DNA of 64,000 bases from Clostridiales bacterium (GCA_021205455.1 JAJPXL010000089.1:68570-132569), one strand, 5' to 3'. Counted from the first letter of the stretch, positions 37,439 to 46,681 are shown. Notes: generated from the sequence alone by a model not told the origin. A program made the numbers and translations.

Positions 37439-38686
37439 TTACTGCTCGGCAGCGACGACCTTCTTCAGGTGGACGAAGCGGGGGAGGCTGTTCTCCTTCT
37501 TCATCTGAATTTCACCCTGAATCAGGGGCAGGGCATACTTAACGTACTCATCGGTGACGTTGTTGCCGCGCTCGTTGATCCACTCCACGGGAACCTTCTT
37601 CTCATAGTTGGCCACGGAGGACAGATCCAGCAGGACGGGTTCACAGCTGTAGCCGTTCTCGTCCCGGGTGCAGTGGAAGCCCACCATCTTGTCGGTGGTG
37701 CCGGCAATGGCCTCCTTCACAGCAGTCTGGCCGGCCAGGAAGGACTCATCGTTGTCAGTCTGGGAGGCGACGTGCTCGCCGCAGCGCTGGAGGAGGGACA
37801 GCTCGATGGGGCGCACCTTCACGCCGGGAATCTGCTCCTTCACCACGTTGGCCAGCAGCGCAGCCAGGCCGCCCAGCTGAGCGTGACCGAAGCCGTCGGT
37901 GGCAGAGGTCTTAGCCTCGGAGACGAAGGAGCCGTCTGCATAGTGGATGCCCTCGGAGACTGCCACCAGGACGTTCTTGTTCTCGTCCCAAATGCGCTTG
38001 ACATCCTCCAGAAACTCGTCCATCTTGAAGTCCACTTCGGGGAGATAAATCAGGTCGGGGCCATAGCCGGTGATGTTCGCCAGGGAAGCGGCGCCGGCCA
38101 GCCAACCGGCGTGACGGCCCATAATCTCCACGATGGTGACCTGGCCCTTGTCATACACATGGGCGTCCTGGTAAACCTCCACCAGAGAGGTGGCGATATA
38201 CTTGGCAGCGGAGGCGTAGCCGGGGCAGTGGTCCGTGCCGAACAGGTCGTTATCAATGGTCTTGGGGATGCCCATGACGCGGCAGTCATAGCCCACACGC
38301 TTCATATACTTGGAGATTTTGTTGCAGGTGTCCATGGAGTCGTTGCCGCCGTTATAGAAGAAATAACGGACGTCATACTTCTTGAAAATCTCCAGAATTT
38401 TCTTGTAATCTGTGTCATCCACATCGGGGTCGGCGATCTTATAGCGGCAGGAGCCGAGGGCGGAAGAGGGGGTGTAGCGCATCAGGGCCAGCTCCTCCGG
38501 GTCCTCTTCATCCATGATATACAGCTTGTCCGTCAGGACGCCGACGATGCCGTTGGCCGCGCCGTACACCTTCGTGATGCAGTCGCTGTCCAAGCCGGCC
38601 TTGATTGCGCCATAGCAGGATGCGTTGATGACAGAAGACGGGCCGCCGGACTGCCCAACAATCATTGCACCTTTTAATTCGTTCAT
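37439..38686 (-). CDS. pfp: 6-phosphofructokinase, pyrophosphate-dependent type by signature residues
   Basis: PFK-family motifs. GGNDS has Asp where ATP-dependent enzymes have Gly, and GIPKTIDND has Lys where they have Gly. Confidence 0.8.
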   Translation of the reverse strand: MNELKGAMIVGQSGGPSSVINASCYGAIKAGLDSDCITKVYGAANGIVGVLTDKLYIMDEEDPEELALMRYTPSSALGSCRYKIADPDVDDTDYKKILEIFKKYDVRYFFYNGGNDSMDTCNKISKYMKRVGYDCRVMGIPKTIDNDLFGTDHCPGYASAAKYIATSLVEVYQDAHVYDKGQVTIVEIMGRHAGWLAGAASLANITGYGPDLIYLPEVDFKMDEFLEDVKRIWDENKNVLVAVSEGIHYADGSFVSEAKTSATDGFGHAQLGGLAALLANVVKEQIPGVKVRPIELSLLQRCGEHVASQTDNDESFLAGQTAVKEAIAGTTDKMVGFHCTRDENGYSCEPVLLDLSSVANYEKKVPVEWINERGNNVTDEYVKYALPLIQGEIQMKKENSLPRFVHLKKVVAAEQ

Positions 38687-38826
38687 AGAAAATTCCTCCT
38701 AAGTAAATTTGAGTTCCATACCGCTATTCTGCACAGAGTTACGCAGTTTCTCCATCAAATTAAATGCGTAAGCGCGCAGCACAGGGTACCTCCCCCGAAT
38801 TTTCAAGTAAATCATAGCACAACCCC

Positions 38827-38855
38827 TTGCATTTTTCAATCGTTCCTGCTAAAAT
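38827..38855 (+). promoter_or_regulatory. Sigma-A promoter (TTGCAT-17-TAAAAT) for fba
   Basis: The hexamers and spacing were read directly, about 35 nt upstream of the ATG at 38889. Confidence 0.55.
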
Positions 38856-38888
38856 AATTGTGTAAATTTTATAAGGAGTTGATTTCTT

Positions 38889-39857
38889 ATGCCTCTGGTT
38901 ACTACAACCGAAATGTTCAAGAAGGCTTACGATGGCGGCTACGCAATCGGCGCTTTCAATGTCAACAACATGGAAATCGTTCAGGGCATCACGGAAGCCG
39001 CGGGCGAGCTGAACAGCCCTGTTATCCTGCAGGTCTCCAAGGGTGCTCGTGCCTATGCAAATCACACCTACCTGGTCAAGCTGGTGGAAGCGGCTGTGAT
39101 CGAGAATCCTCAGATTCCCATCGCCCTGCACCTGGACCATGGCGACAGCTTTGAGCTGTGCAAATCCTGCATTGACGGCGGCTTCACCTCCGTCATGATC
39201 GACGCCTCCTCCAAGCCCTTTGAGGAGAATATCGCCCTGACCCGTCAGGTCGTCGAGTATGCCCATGATCACGGCGTTGTGGTCGAGGCTGAGCTTGGCA
39301 CCCTGGCCGGCGTTGAGGATGAGGTCTCTGTGGAAGCAGGGAAGGAGAGCTACACGCACCCCGAAGAGGTGGAAGAGTTTGTCTCCCGTACCGGCTGCGA
39401 CTCCCTGGCCATCGCCATTGGCACCTCTCACGGCGCTTACAAGTTCACCCCCGCCCAGTGCACCCGCAATGAAGACGGCGTCCTGGTGCCCCCTCCTCTG
39501 CGTTTCGACGTGCTGAAAGAGTGCATCAAGCGCCTGCCCGGCTTCCCCATCGTGCTGCACGGTTCCTCCTCTGTTCCTCAGGAGTTTGTAAAGATGGTCA
39601 ACGCCTACGGCGGCAATATGCCCGACGCCATCGGCATCCCCGAAGAGCAGCTGCGTGAGGCTGCCAAGCTGGCCGTCTGCAAGATCAACATCGACTCCGA
39701 TATCCGTCTGGCCATGACCGGCAACATCCGCAAGTACTTCGCAGAGCATCCCGATCATTTCGATCCCCGCCAGTATCTGAAGCCCGCCCGTCAGGCGGTC
39801 AAGGATATGGTCGCTCATAAGATCGTTCACGTGCTCGGCTCTGACAACAAGATTTAA
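38889..39857 (+). CDS. fba: Class II fructose-1,6-bisphosphate aldolase
   Basis: FNVNNME, LHLDHG, SVMIDAS, AIGTSHGAYKF and LVLHGSS-type motifs (here IVLHGSSSVP). Confidence 0.9.
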   Translation: MPLVTTTEMFKKAYDGGYAIGAFNVNNMEIVQGITEAAGELNSPVILQVSKGARAYANHTYLVKLVEAAVIENPQIPIALHLDHGDSFELCKSCIDGGFTSVMIDASSKPFEENIALTRQVVEYAHDHGVVVEAELGTLAGVEDEVSVEAGKESYTHPEEVEEFVSRTGCDSLAIAIGTSHGAYKFTPAQCTRNEDGVLVPPPLRFDVLKECIKRLPGFPIVLHGSSSVPQEFVKMVNAYGGNMPDAIGIPEEQLREAAKLAVCKINIDSDIRLAMTGNIRKYFAEHPDHFDPRQYLKPARQAVKDMVAHKIVHVLGSDNKI

Positions 39858-39884
39858 GTCCCTGAACTCGCTCGAATTAAGCAT

Positions 39885-39916
39885 CCCCCGACGGGAGTTT
39901 CCCGCCGGGGGTTTCC
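39885..39916 (+). terminator. Terminator after fba, 15 nt before the arsR-like start
   Basis: CCCCCGACGGGA / TCCCGCCGGGGG stem (11 of 12 paired), followed by TTTCC. Confidence 0.55.
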
Positions 39917-39931
39917 AAACGGAGGTGCGCA

Positions 39932-40297
39932 ATGAAGAAAATTGAACTGGCAGAACAGTGCGAAACCAACGTGATCCATGAACAGAATGTGGCCAAGGTT
40001 CGCCTTGAAATGCCGGACGAGGATCCGATTTACGAGGTTGCGGAGCTGTTCAAGGTCTTTGGCGATTCCACCCGGGCCAGAATCATTTGCGCATTGACCA
40101 TCTCAGAGCTGTGCGTCTGTGACCTGAGCTGCATCCTGAATATGTCCCAATCCGCCGTTTCCCATCAGCTGCGCATTTTGAAGCAGGCGCGCATTGTGAA
40201 AAACCGGAGGGAAGGGAAGGTTGTCTATTACTCCCTGGACGATGAACACATTCAAAAGCTGTTCAGTATCGCGTTTGACCATGTGATGGAGGATTGA
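39932..40297 (+). CDS. ArsR/SmtB-family metalloregulator
   Basis: ELFKVFGDSTRARIICAL, ELCVCDL (alpha-3 Cys pair), SQSAVSHQLRILKQARIV. Confidence 0.85.
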   Translation: MKKIELAEQCETNVIHEQNVAKVRLEMPDEDPIYEVAELFKVFGDSTRARIICALTISELCVCDLSCILNMSQSAVSHQLRILKQARIVKNRREGKVVYYSLDDEHIQKLFSIAFDHVMED

Positions 40298-40316
40298 CCC
40301 GTTCCCACGCTGCGCT

Positions 40317-40354
40317 GCACCGTTTCCCGCATAAGGCAGGAAGCGGTGCTTTAT
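40317..40354 (+). terminator. Terminator after the arsR-like gene
   Basis: GCACCGTTTCC / GGAAGCGGTGC stem (one mismatch), followed by TTTATT. It overlaps the comFC stop codon. Confidence 0.55.
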
Positions 40355-41034
40355 TCTACTTTGGCCTTCGCCTGATGCAGGCTCCTGGCCAGGGTAAGGC
40401 AGACGATTTCCTCCGCGCCGCCCATCCGCAGCGCGGAGGCGGCATTTTCCAGGGTTGAGCCGGTGGTGATGACATCATCGATCAGGAGGATGCGCTTGCC
40501 GGTGACCGAAGTGCCTCTCGCCAGGCGATACACCCCCTGCACATTGGTATAGCGCTGGGCCACACGCTCCGTGCCGGACTGCGCCGCAGTGTTTCGGGTC
40601 TTTTCCAGGGTTTTCACCAGAGGAATGCCGGCCTGTAAGGCAACTTCCCTTGCCAGAAGCTCGGCCTGATCATAGCCCCGCCTCCAGCGGCGGAACAGGT
40701 GCAGAGGGACCCAGGTGCAGAGGTCGAAGGTGCCATCTTCGCTCTCGGTCAGCGCTTCAGCCATCCACTGACCAAACAGCCGGCTGTAGTGATAATGCCC
40801 GTTAAATTTATAGCGGTGAAAGGCCGGCTTGATTTGGTCTGTGTAGAAGCAATAGGAAATGCAGCAGTCAAAGTTTGTCCCATATTGTACCCGACGGTCG
40901 TTGTCTGCGACAAGGAGTTTGGCTTTGCAGCTTTGACACAGCGTTCCGGACTCCAGAATACTGCCGCAGAAATAGCACTTCGGCGGGTAGAGCGTATCCA
41001 GGACGAACTTCCCACAGTCTTGCAGGCGCGTCAT
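40351..41034 (-). CDS. comFC: ComF-family protein (ComFC, phosphoribosyltransferase fold)
   Basis: N-terminal Cys4 (CYFCGS...CQSC) and a PRTase motif (ILLIDDVITTGST). ATGA-type overlap with comEC. Confidence 0.85.
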   Translation of the reverse strand: MTRLQDCGKFVLDTLYPPKCYFCGSILESGTLCQSCKAKLLVADNDRRVQYGTNFDCCISYCFYTDQIKPAFHRYKFNGHYHYSRLFGQWMAEALTESEDGTFDLCTWVPLHLFRRWRRGYDQAELLAREVALQAGIPLVKTLEKTRNTAAQSGTERVAQRYTNVQGVYRLARGTSVTGKRILLIDDVITTGSTLENAASALRMGGAEEIVCLTLARSLHQAKAKVE

Positions 41035-43298
41035 TCCGATTCCCCCAATCTCAACAAAACGGTGCCGTCCTCATCGGTGCGGTAAACGGTACAGTTCCAT
41101 GCGGCGAGCCGGGCCAGTGTTTCCTCCGTGGGGTGCCCATAGGTGTTATAGCCCACGGAAATCACGGCCACCTCCGGCGTCAGCGCCGACAGCAGGGCGT
41201 CTCCGGTGGCATATTTCGAGCCGTGATGGCCCACCATCAGATATTCAATGTCGGACAGCTGTTCCCGCTCCACCAATGCGGTCTCCGTGGCGATGTCCAT
41301 ATCACCGGTGACCAGGAAATCCAGCGTGCCGTAGGACAGGAGCAGAGAAATGCCCGCATTATTGCTGTCGGCGTCCTCCTGTTCCACAGGCGCAAACAGG
41401 CTTAGTGTGCCGCAGCCGAAGGACGCTGTTTCATCCTCTGTCACAAAGACGATTTCGCACTGATATTCCTCCGCAAGCGCACAAATCGACTGCTGCTGTG
41501 GTTCATCAAATTCAGGCAGATAGAGGGTTTCGACCGCGATACGGGAGAGCAGCTCCTCCACGCCGTTGGTGTGGTCGCTGTCATAGTGGGTCAGAATCAG
41601 CGCGTTCAGACTGCTGCGGTTCAGGCCCTGCAGGTAGTCTGCCAGCGTGTCACCGGGATTGTCCTCATTTCCGCCGCAATCGATGGCAATCGCCTTATCC
41701 TCGGAAAATGCGGCAATACATTGCCCTTGTCCAACATCGATGGCTGCGATGGTGACTGGCGCGCTCAGCGTCGTTTGGATATGAATCACTATGGCACAGA
41801 GCAGGGAAATTACGCCAGTGCAGACGGGCAGCGCGGGATGCTTTCTCAGCGGCCTCCATCGGACAGCAAGAACCATCAGCGCATAGCAAAATACAAGCCA
41901 GAGTGCGTAGACTGTAACGTCAATGGAAAGGGCCGCGAAGTTGAAGCTGCTGACCGCGCGGGTGACGCCTGAGATGTAAAGTGAAATATACTTACATGGA
42001 ATTGCCAGCAATTCCGCCGCAGGCCACCAGAAAAAGCTGCACAGGACGCACAGGAGCGACTGCCCAAACAGCAACCCCAAAACCGGCAGCACAAGCAGAT
42101 TGGTGAAAACGCCGACCAGCGATACGCTGCCAAAGTAACAGGCGCATAAGGGCGTTGAAAGTAGCAGAGCGCCGCAGCTGGTGCTAAACAAATCTATGAC
42201 GCCATACAGCAGTCGGAACAGCCTCCTTTTGTGCCGAATCGGTTCCAGGCGGCTTTCCAGCGCACGATGCAGTCTGGGCTGTGCCAGTTCGATGCCCAAC
42301 ACAGACAGGAAGGAAAGCTGCAACCCAATTCCGGCGATGGCATACGGGTTTTGCAGGAGCAAAACCAGCAGGGCAAAGGATAGGGAAGTGGGGGCATCGT
42401 TTTCCCGCCCAAAAATGGGTGCCAACAGAAGCAGCGATTCCATCAGAACGGCACGGACAATGGCGGGCTTGCAGCCGGTCAGGAGGGCAAAGAAGACCAG
42501 AACAGGGAGGACCAGAATCCGTTTCCTGCGCTGGCTCCCTGGGAAACTCAGCAAGATTTGCACAAACAGCATGACATGGAGGCCGGAGACGGAAACAATA
42601 TGGGCCACACCGGCTCGCTGCAATGCGGTGTACAGGCTGTCAGAAAGCAGGTCCTGATCTCCCGTCATCAGGGCTTGCACGATTCCAAGCGCGTCACCGG
42701 TAAACAGGGACTGGAGCTTCTGTTGAATCGCAGACGCACAGACAGCAGGGAGGAGGTACAGCGGCGTGCTGTCCTTTTCTGTAATGGTTATCTCCTTTAC
42801 ACTCGAAATGATTGCATAGATCCCCTTTGCGGCGTTGTAATATACCGTTTCGTTGCGCACGATATTCGCAGTTTTGATCGTTCCGGTGGCCGCTATACGG
42901 TCGCCGGGGGAAAGGCTCTGATACTCCGCATCCAGATAGACCTTTGCCAGAAAGTTCGCGCCCGCCTCAGAATCCACAGACAGCGTTACTGAAACCCCGT
43001 ATTCCGTTTCCGTGGGCGTATCCTGCACAATTCCGGAAAAGGAAACGCCTTCTCCAAAGGTGCGCTCCGCAGGCAGGACAAAAATCGTCTGATAGCAATG
43101 GCACCAGACAAAGCCCAGCACCAAGCCGACAGAAGCCAGCAGAATCCGTGTGCGCAGCTTGCCGGAACAGGAGAGGGATGCGAACATGGGAACCAGCGCC
43201 AAAACCGCCGCCGCCATCCACCATTGGGACGGCAGCAAATAGACCGCCAAAAGCGCGGCAACCGCAAAAAAGACGCTAAACCAGGCCAGTTTTCTCAT
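41031..43298 (-). CDS. comEC: DNA internalisation competence protein ComEC/Rec2
   Basis: Polytopic competence domain plus a C-terminal metallo-beta-lactamase domain (ILTHYDSDHTNG ... VGHHGS). Confidence 0.9.
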   Translation of the reverse strand: MRKLAWFSVFFAVAALLAVYLLPSQWWMAAAVLALVPMFASLSCSGKLRTRILLASVGLVLGFVWCHCYQTIFVLPAERTFGEGVSFSGIVQDTPTETEYGVSVTLSVDSEAGANFLAKVYLDAEYQSLSPGDRIAATGTIKTANIVRNETVYYNAAKGIYAIISSVKEITITEKDSTPLYLLPAVCASAIQQKLQSLFTGDALGIVQALMTGDQDLLSDSLYTALQRAGVAHIVSVSGLHVMLFVQILLSFPGSQRRKRILVLPVLVFFALLTGCKPAIVRAVLMESLLLLAPIFGRENDAPTSLSFALLVLLLQNPYAIAGIGLQLSFLSVLGIELAQPRLHRALESRLEPIRHKRRLFRLLYGVIDLFSTSCGALLLSTPLCACYFGSVSLVGVFTNLLVLPVLGLLFGQSLLCVLCSFFWWPAAELLAIPCKYISLYISGVTRAVSSFNFAALSIDVTVYALWLVFCYALMVLAVRWRPLRKHPALPVCTGVISLLCAIVIHIQTTLSAPVTIAAIDVGQGQCIAAFSEDKAIAIDCGGNEDNPGDTLADYLQGLNRSSLNALILTHYDSDHTNGVEELLSRIAVETLYLPEFDEPQQQSICALAEEYQCEIVFVTEDETASFGCGTLSLFAPVEQEDADSNNAGISLLLSYGTLDFLVTGDMDIATETALVEREQLSDIEYLMVGHHGSKYATGDALLSALTPEVAVISVGYNTYGHPTEETLARLAAWNCTVYRTDEDGTVLLRLGESE

Positions 43299-44296
43299 AA
43301 ATCACCTTGCTCTTCCGGCGTTTTCTTGTGTACGGAGGCCAACGGATTCGCCCTTGCCGCAATACGCAAGTCATCATTGTCAATGTGCGTGTAAATCTGG
43401 GTCGTATTTAAATGGTCATGGCCCAGAACCTCTTGCAGCGTGCGCACATCAACGCCGTTTTGCAACATTAAGGTGGCAGCCGTATGGCGCAGCTTATGGG
43501 AGGAATACAGGCTTGCGTCCAATCCGGCCTCGGTCAGCCGCTTTTTCACCATCTTGTGGACGCCTGCCCGGGTGATCCTCGTTTGGTGCGAGGTCACGAA
43601 AAGGGCGTCCTGATCGATCAGCGTCATGCCGCTGCGGACAATCAGCCAGTCCTGTATCGCCATTTTGCAGGCTTCATTTAAATATAGCATCCGCACTTTA
43701 TTGCCTTTGCCCAGCACCCGCAGGGTGTCGCCCTGTACGTTTGCAAGGTTAAGGCTAACTAACTCCGAAATCCGAAGCCCGCAGTTTAGGAACAGCGTCA
43801 AAATACAGTAATCCCGCTCCTGATTCCTGCCGCTGACCGATTCCAGCAGCTGAATACTTTCATCCAGGGTCAGATACCGGGGCAAATCCTTTTTCACCTT
43901 TGGCGTGTCCAGACCGTCGACAGGATTGTCCTCCAGGAGATGGGTCTTCGTGGACAGATACTTGAAAAAGGAGCGCAAGGTGGAAACCTTCCTGGCGCGG
44001 GACGCATTATTCAAATGCCCTTCACGGGTCAGGTATGAAAGATAGTCATAGACCTCGCTCAGCGTCACCGTGCGTAAAAAGTCGATATCAACATCCTTGA
44101 TGGAAATCTGGTCGAACTCGATATCGGCGGGAACCTTGCCGCGGCGGCACTTCAAGTAGCGGAAAAAATTCCGCAAATCCAAAAAATATTCATCCACGGT
44201 GCCCTGTGAGTGGCCCTTGACCGTTTCATGGTAGGAAAGGAAATCCAACAGCACCTGCGGGCTTTCAAATCTGTAATCCATGAAAAAGGAACGCAT
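43295..44296 (-). CDS. Tyrosine recombinase, XerC/XerD-like
   Basis: SAM-like N-domain. Catalytic residues appear intact: GLRISEL (Arg), HKLRHT (His-x-x-Arg), LGH, QIYTH (Tyr). AGGGGAG RBS. The stop overlaps the comEC start (ATGA). Confidence 0.85.
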   Translation of the reverse strand: MRSFFMDYRFESPQVLLDFLSYHETVKGHSQGTVDEYFLDLRNFFRYLKCRRGKVPADIEFDQISIKDVDIDFLRTVTLSEVYDYLSYLTREGHLNNASRARKVSTLRSFFKYLSTKTHLLEDNPVDGLDTPKVKKDLPRYLTLDESIQLLESVSGRNQERDYCILTLFLNCGLRISELVSLNLANVQGDTLRVLGKGNKVRMLYLNEACKMAIQDWLIVRSGMTLIDQDALFVTSHQTRITRAGVHKMVKKRLTEAGLDASLYSSHKLRHTAATLMLQNGVDVRTLQEVLGHDHLNTTQIYTHIDNDDLRIAARANPLASVHKKTPEEQGDL

Positions 44297-44308
44297 CCAG
44301 TCTCCCCT

Positions 44309-44340
44309 AAAGTCAACAAAATTTTTATTTTGTTGACTTT
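44309..44340. repeat. Perfect 14-4-14 AT-rich palindrome abutting the xer RBS
   Basis: AAAGTCAACAAAAT tttt ATTTTGTTGACTTT. The arms are exact reverse complements, and the palindrome lies 13 nt from the start codon. Confidence 0.9.
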
Positions 44341-44469
44341 TGCGTCTGTGAAAAACGAGCGGCTCTCCCGCTCCTGGGCGCTCCCTTCGCCTCCCTTTTC
44401 TGGTATCACTGTATGTAGTTTACCATATCTCACAGGCTGGCGTCAAGAGGCAATCTGCGCAGAAGCGCT

Positions 44470-44514
44470 GAAAACCTGCACCGCAACGATTTTTGCACCG
44501 CTGCGGCGCAGGTG
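44470..44514 (-). terminator. Terminator after radA
   Basis: On the minus strand: ACCTGCGCCGC ... GCGGTGCAGGT (11 bp, one mismatch), followed by TTTTCAG. Confidence 0.55.
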
Positions 44515-44524
44515 CTGAACCCCT

Positions 44525-45880
44525 TCACAGCAAGGCCGCCATAGCCTCTCTGATATTCTTCACCGGAATCAGCTGCAAGCCCGGAATCTCCGGCTGCCTT
44601 CCGCTGTTCCGGCTGGGAATCATGCACTTGGTAAAGCCCAGCCGGTGTACCTCGCTGAGCCGCTGCGCCAGTGCGTTGACCGGGCGCAGCTCACCGGTCA
44701 GACCGACCTCACCGATCGCCGCCAAATCCTCCGGCACAGCTTTATTGCGGAAGCTGGACGCAAGGGCCAGCACCGTCGCCAAATCGGCAGCCGGTTCCTC
44801 CAGGTTCAGGCCGCCAATCACATTGATGTAGGAATCGCAGTTTCCAATATTCAGCCCGCCCCGCCGTTCCAGCACCGCGATGAGCATGACCGCACGTCCA
44901 TAGTCCACGCCGTTGCTTGTCCGCCGGGGATTGGCAAAGCTGGATGTTGTGACAAGAGCCTGCACCTCCGCAAGCACCGGCCTTGCACCTTCCATAACGC
45001 AGGTGACACAGGTCCCCGGTGCTCCGGTTGGCCTGCCGCTGAGCAGCATTTCAGACGGGTTTGGCACCTCTGTCAGCCCTTCGTCCAGCATTTCAAAGAC
45101 GCCGATCTCATTGGTCGCACCAAAACGATTTTTCGCCGCACGAAGAATGCGGTAGGTCTGCTGCTGCTCCCCCTCGAAGGACAGTACGCAGTCCACCATA
45201 TGCTCCAGTACCTTGGGCCCGGCAATGGAACCTTCCTTGTTGATGTGGCCGATGACAAAGACGGTCAGCCCCTCCCCTTTTGCCAGTTCCATCAGCGCCA
45301 TCGTGCACTGCTTTACCTGGGCGACGCTGCCTGGGATGGAATCCGACGCATCGGAGGAGACTGTCTGGATGGAGTCCACAATGAGGATATCCGGCTTCAC
45401 CTGATGTACCGCATCTATAATGTTGCTCAGATCCGTCTCACTCAACAAATAAAGGGTTTCCCCGGAGACGTTTAGCCGGGCCGCGCGCAGTTTGATTTGC
45501 CGCGTAGATTCCTCGCCTGAAACGTAGAGCACCGTATACTGCTTACACAGCTCGTTGCAGATTTGCAGCATCAACGTGGATTTACCGATGCCGGGCGCTC
45601 CGCCGATCAGAACCAGGCTCCCCTGCACAGCGCCGCCGCCCAACACGCGGTCAAGCTCATTCATGCCGGTGCGGAAACGCAGCTCCTCCGTCAGCTCCAC
45701 CTCGTCAATCCGTTGGGGCAGGGCTTTCAGCTGCCGCATTCCGGCGGCAGGGCTGCTCTTTTTTGGCTGGGCAGGCTGCTCAACGATGGTATTCCAGCTT
45801 CCGCAGACGGTACACTTCCCCTGCCATTTCGGATACTCATTGCCGCAGTTGGTACAGTAAAAGGTGACGCGATTCTTCAT
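44525..45880 (-). CDS. radA: DNA repair protein RadA/Sms
   Basis: Zn finger (YCTNCGNEYPKWQGKCTVCGSWNT), Walker A (GAPGIGKST), KNRFG motif and a Lon-like C-terminal domain. The start at MKNRV overlaps the upstream stop (ATGA). Confidence 0.9.
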   Translation of the reverse strand: MKNRVTFYCTNCGNEYPKWQGKCTVCGSWNTIVEQPAQPKKSSPAAGMRQLKALPQRIDEVELTEELRFRTGMNELDRVLGGGAVQGSLVLIGGAPGIGKSTLMLQICNELCKQYTVLYVSGEESTRQIKLRAARLNVSGETLYLLSETDLSNIIDAVHQVKPDILIVDSIQTVSSDASDSIPGSVAQVKQCTMALMELAKGEGLTVFVIGHINKEGSIAGPKVLEHMVDCVLSFEGEQQQTYRILRAAKNRFGATNEIGVFEMLDEGLTEVPNPSEMLLSGRPTGAPGTCVTCVMEGARPVLAEVQALVTTSSFANPRRTSNGVDYGRAVMLIAVLERRGGLNIGNCDSYINVIGGLNLEEPAADLATVLALASSFRNKAVPEDLAAIGEVGLTGELRPVNALAQRLSEVHRLGFTKCMIPSRNSGRQPEIPGLQLIPVKNIREAMAALL

Positions 45881-46590
45881 ATTGAAACTTCTCCGATGAA
45901 ATATTGTAAATAGGCGGAAAAAACCGTGGCCGCCAGGCTGCTTTGATACGCATTGCTCTGTAACAGCTGATCCTCCTCCGGATTGGACAGGAAGCCACAC
46001 TCCACCAGAATGGCAGGACAGGTGACATGATTCAGCAGGTAGACGGAATCAGGAATCTGCGTGGCGACGCGGTCATTCTCCGGGTCGATGGCTTCCCGAA
46101 GGGCGGACTGGGTCAGGACGGCCCAGGTCTTCCCTTCCTCCGTGTTCCGGTAAAATACCTGTGCCCCGGAGACCTCGCTGCTCGTATAGTTGTTCTGATG
46201 GATACTGAGGAGGCAGGCGTTGGGGGTTTCGTTTGCCAAAGCTACGCGATTGTATAGGTCGCTGCGCTTGCGCTCCTTCAGCGTTGCGGCAGCGTCATCC
46301 GCCAGGGAGACATCCTCCGTGCGGGTCAGGACAACCGGCACCCCATACAGGCCCGCCAGCGCATCGATTTTCAGCACAATGGCCAGGTTGATGCCGCTCT
46401 CCGCAACGCCGCTGACAGAGACAGCGCCGCCATCCTCTCCGCCGTGACCGGCATCCAAGACTAAAATCTGCGCGCCCGTCCTGCCGGATACCGCCGCCTG
46501 TTCCGCTGTAAGCTGCTTCGTCAGGCTCACAATGGAGAGCAAGACCCCACAGGCTGCCAGGAAATAAATCACTGCTTTCCGCACTTCCAT
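45877..46590 (-). CDS. cwlD: N-acetylmuramoyl-L-alanine amidase (Amidase_3), CwlD-like
   Basis: N-terminal TM helix, LDAGHGGEDGGAVS, SIHQN. The start codon choice (MEVRKAV) is uncertain. Confidence 0.65.
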   Translation of the reverse strand: MEVRKAVIYFLAACGVLLSIVSLTKQLTAEQAAVSGRTGAQILVLDAGHGGEDGGAVSVSGVAESGINLAIVLKIDALAGLYGVPVVLTRTEDVSLADDAAATLKERKRSDLYNRVALANETPNACLLSIHQNNYTSSEVSGAQVFYRNTEEGKTWAVLTQSALREAIDPENDRVATQIPDSVYLLNHVTCPAILVECGFLSNPEEDQLLQSNAYQSSLAATVFSAYLQYFIGEVSI

Positions 46591-46681
46591 CACCCATACA
46601 AGCCTATGCGCCTTAGCAACAATATAGCACAAATGCGCTGCCCCGGCAAGGCGCAAACCCGCACGGGGCAGGAAAATTTTC

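Noticed and set aside
43295-44296. The Xer-like recombinase as the integrase of a prophage, ICE or genomic island.
   Set aside because: No phage, conjugation or excisionase genes, no tRNA target and no flanking direct repeats are visible. It overlaps comEC and is flanked by housekeeping genes.
44309-44340. The AT-rich palindrome as a chromosomal dif site for the adjacent recombinase.
   Set aside because: The architecture (14-bp perfect arms with a 4-bp centre) and the sequence do not resemble the 11-6-11 Firmicute dif consensus that I know. Its position on an RBS fits an operator or RNA hairpin better.
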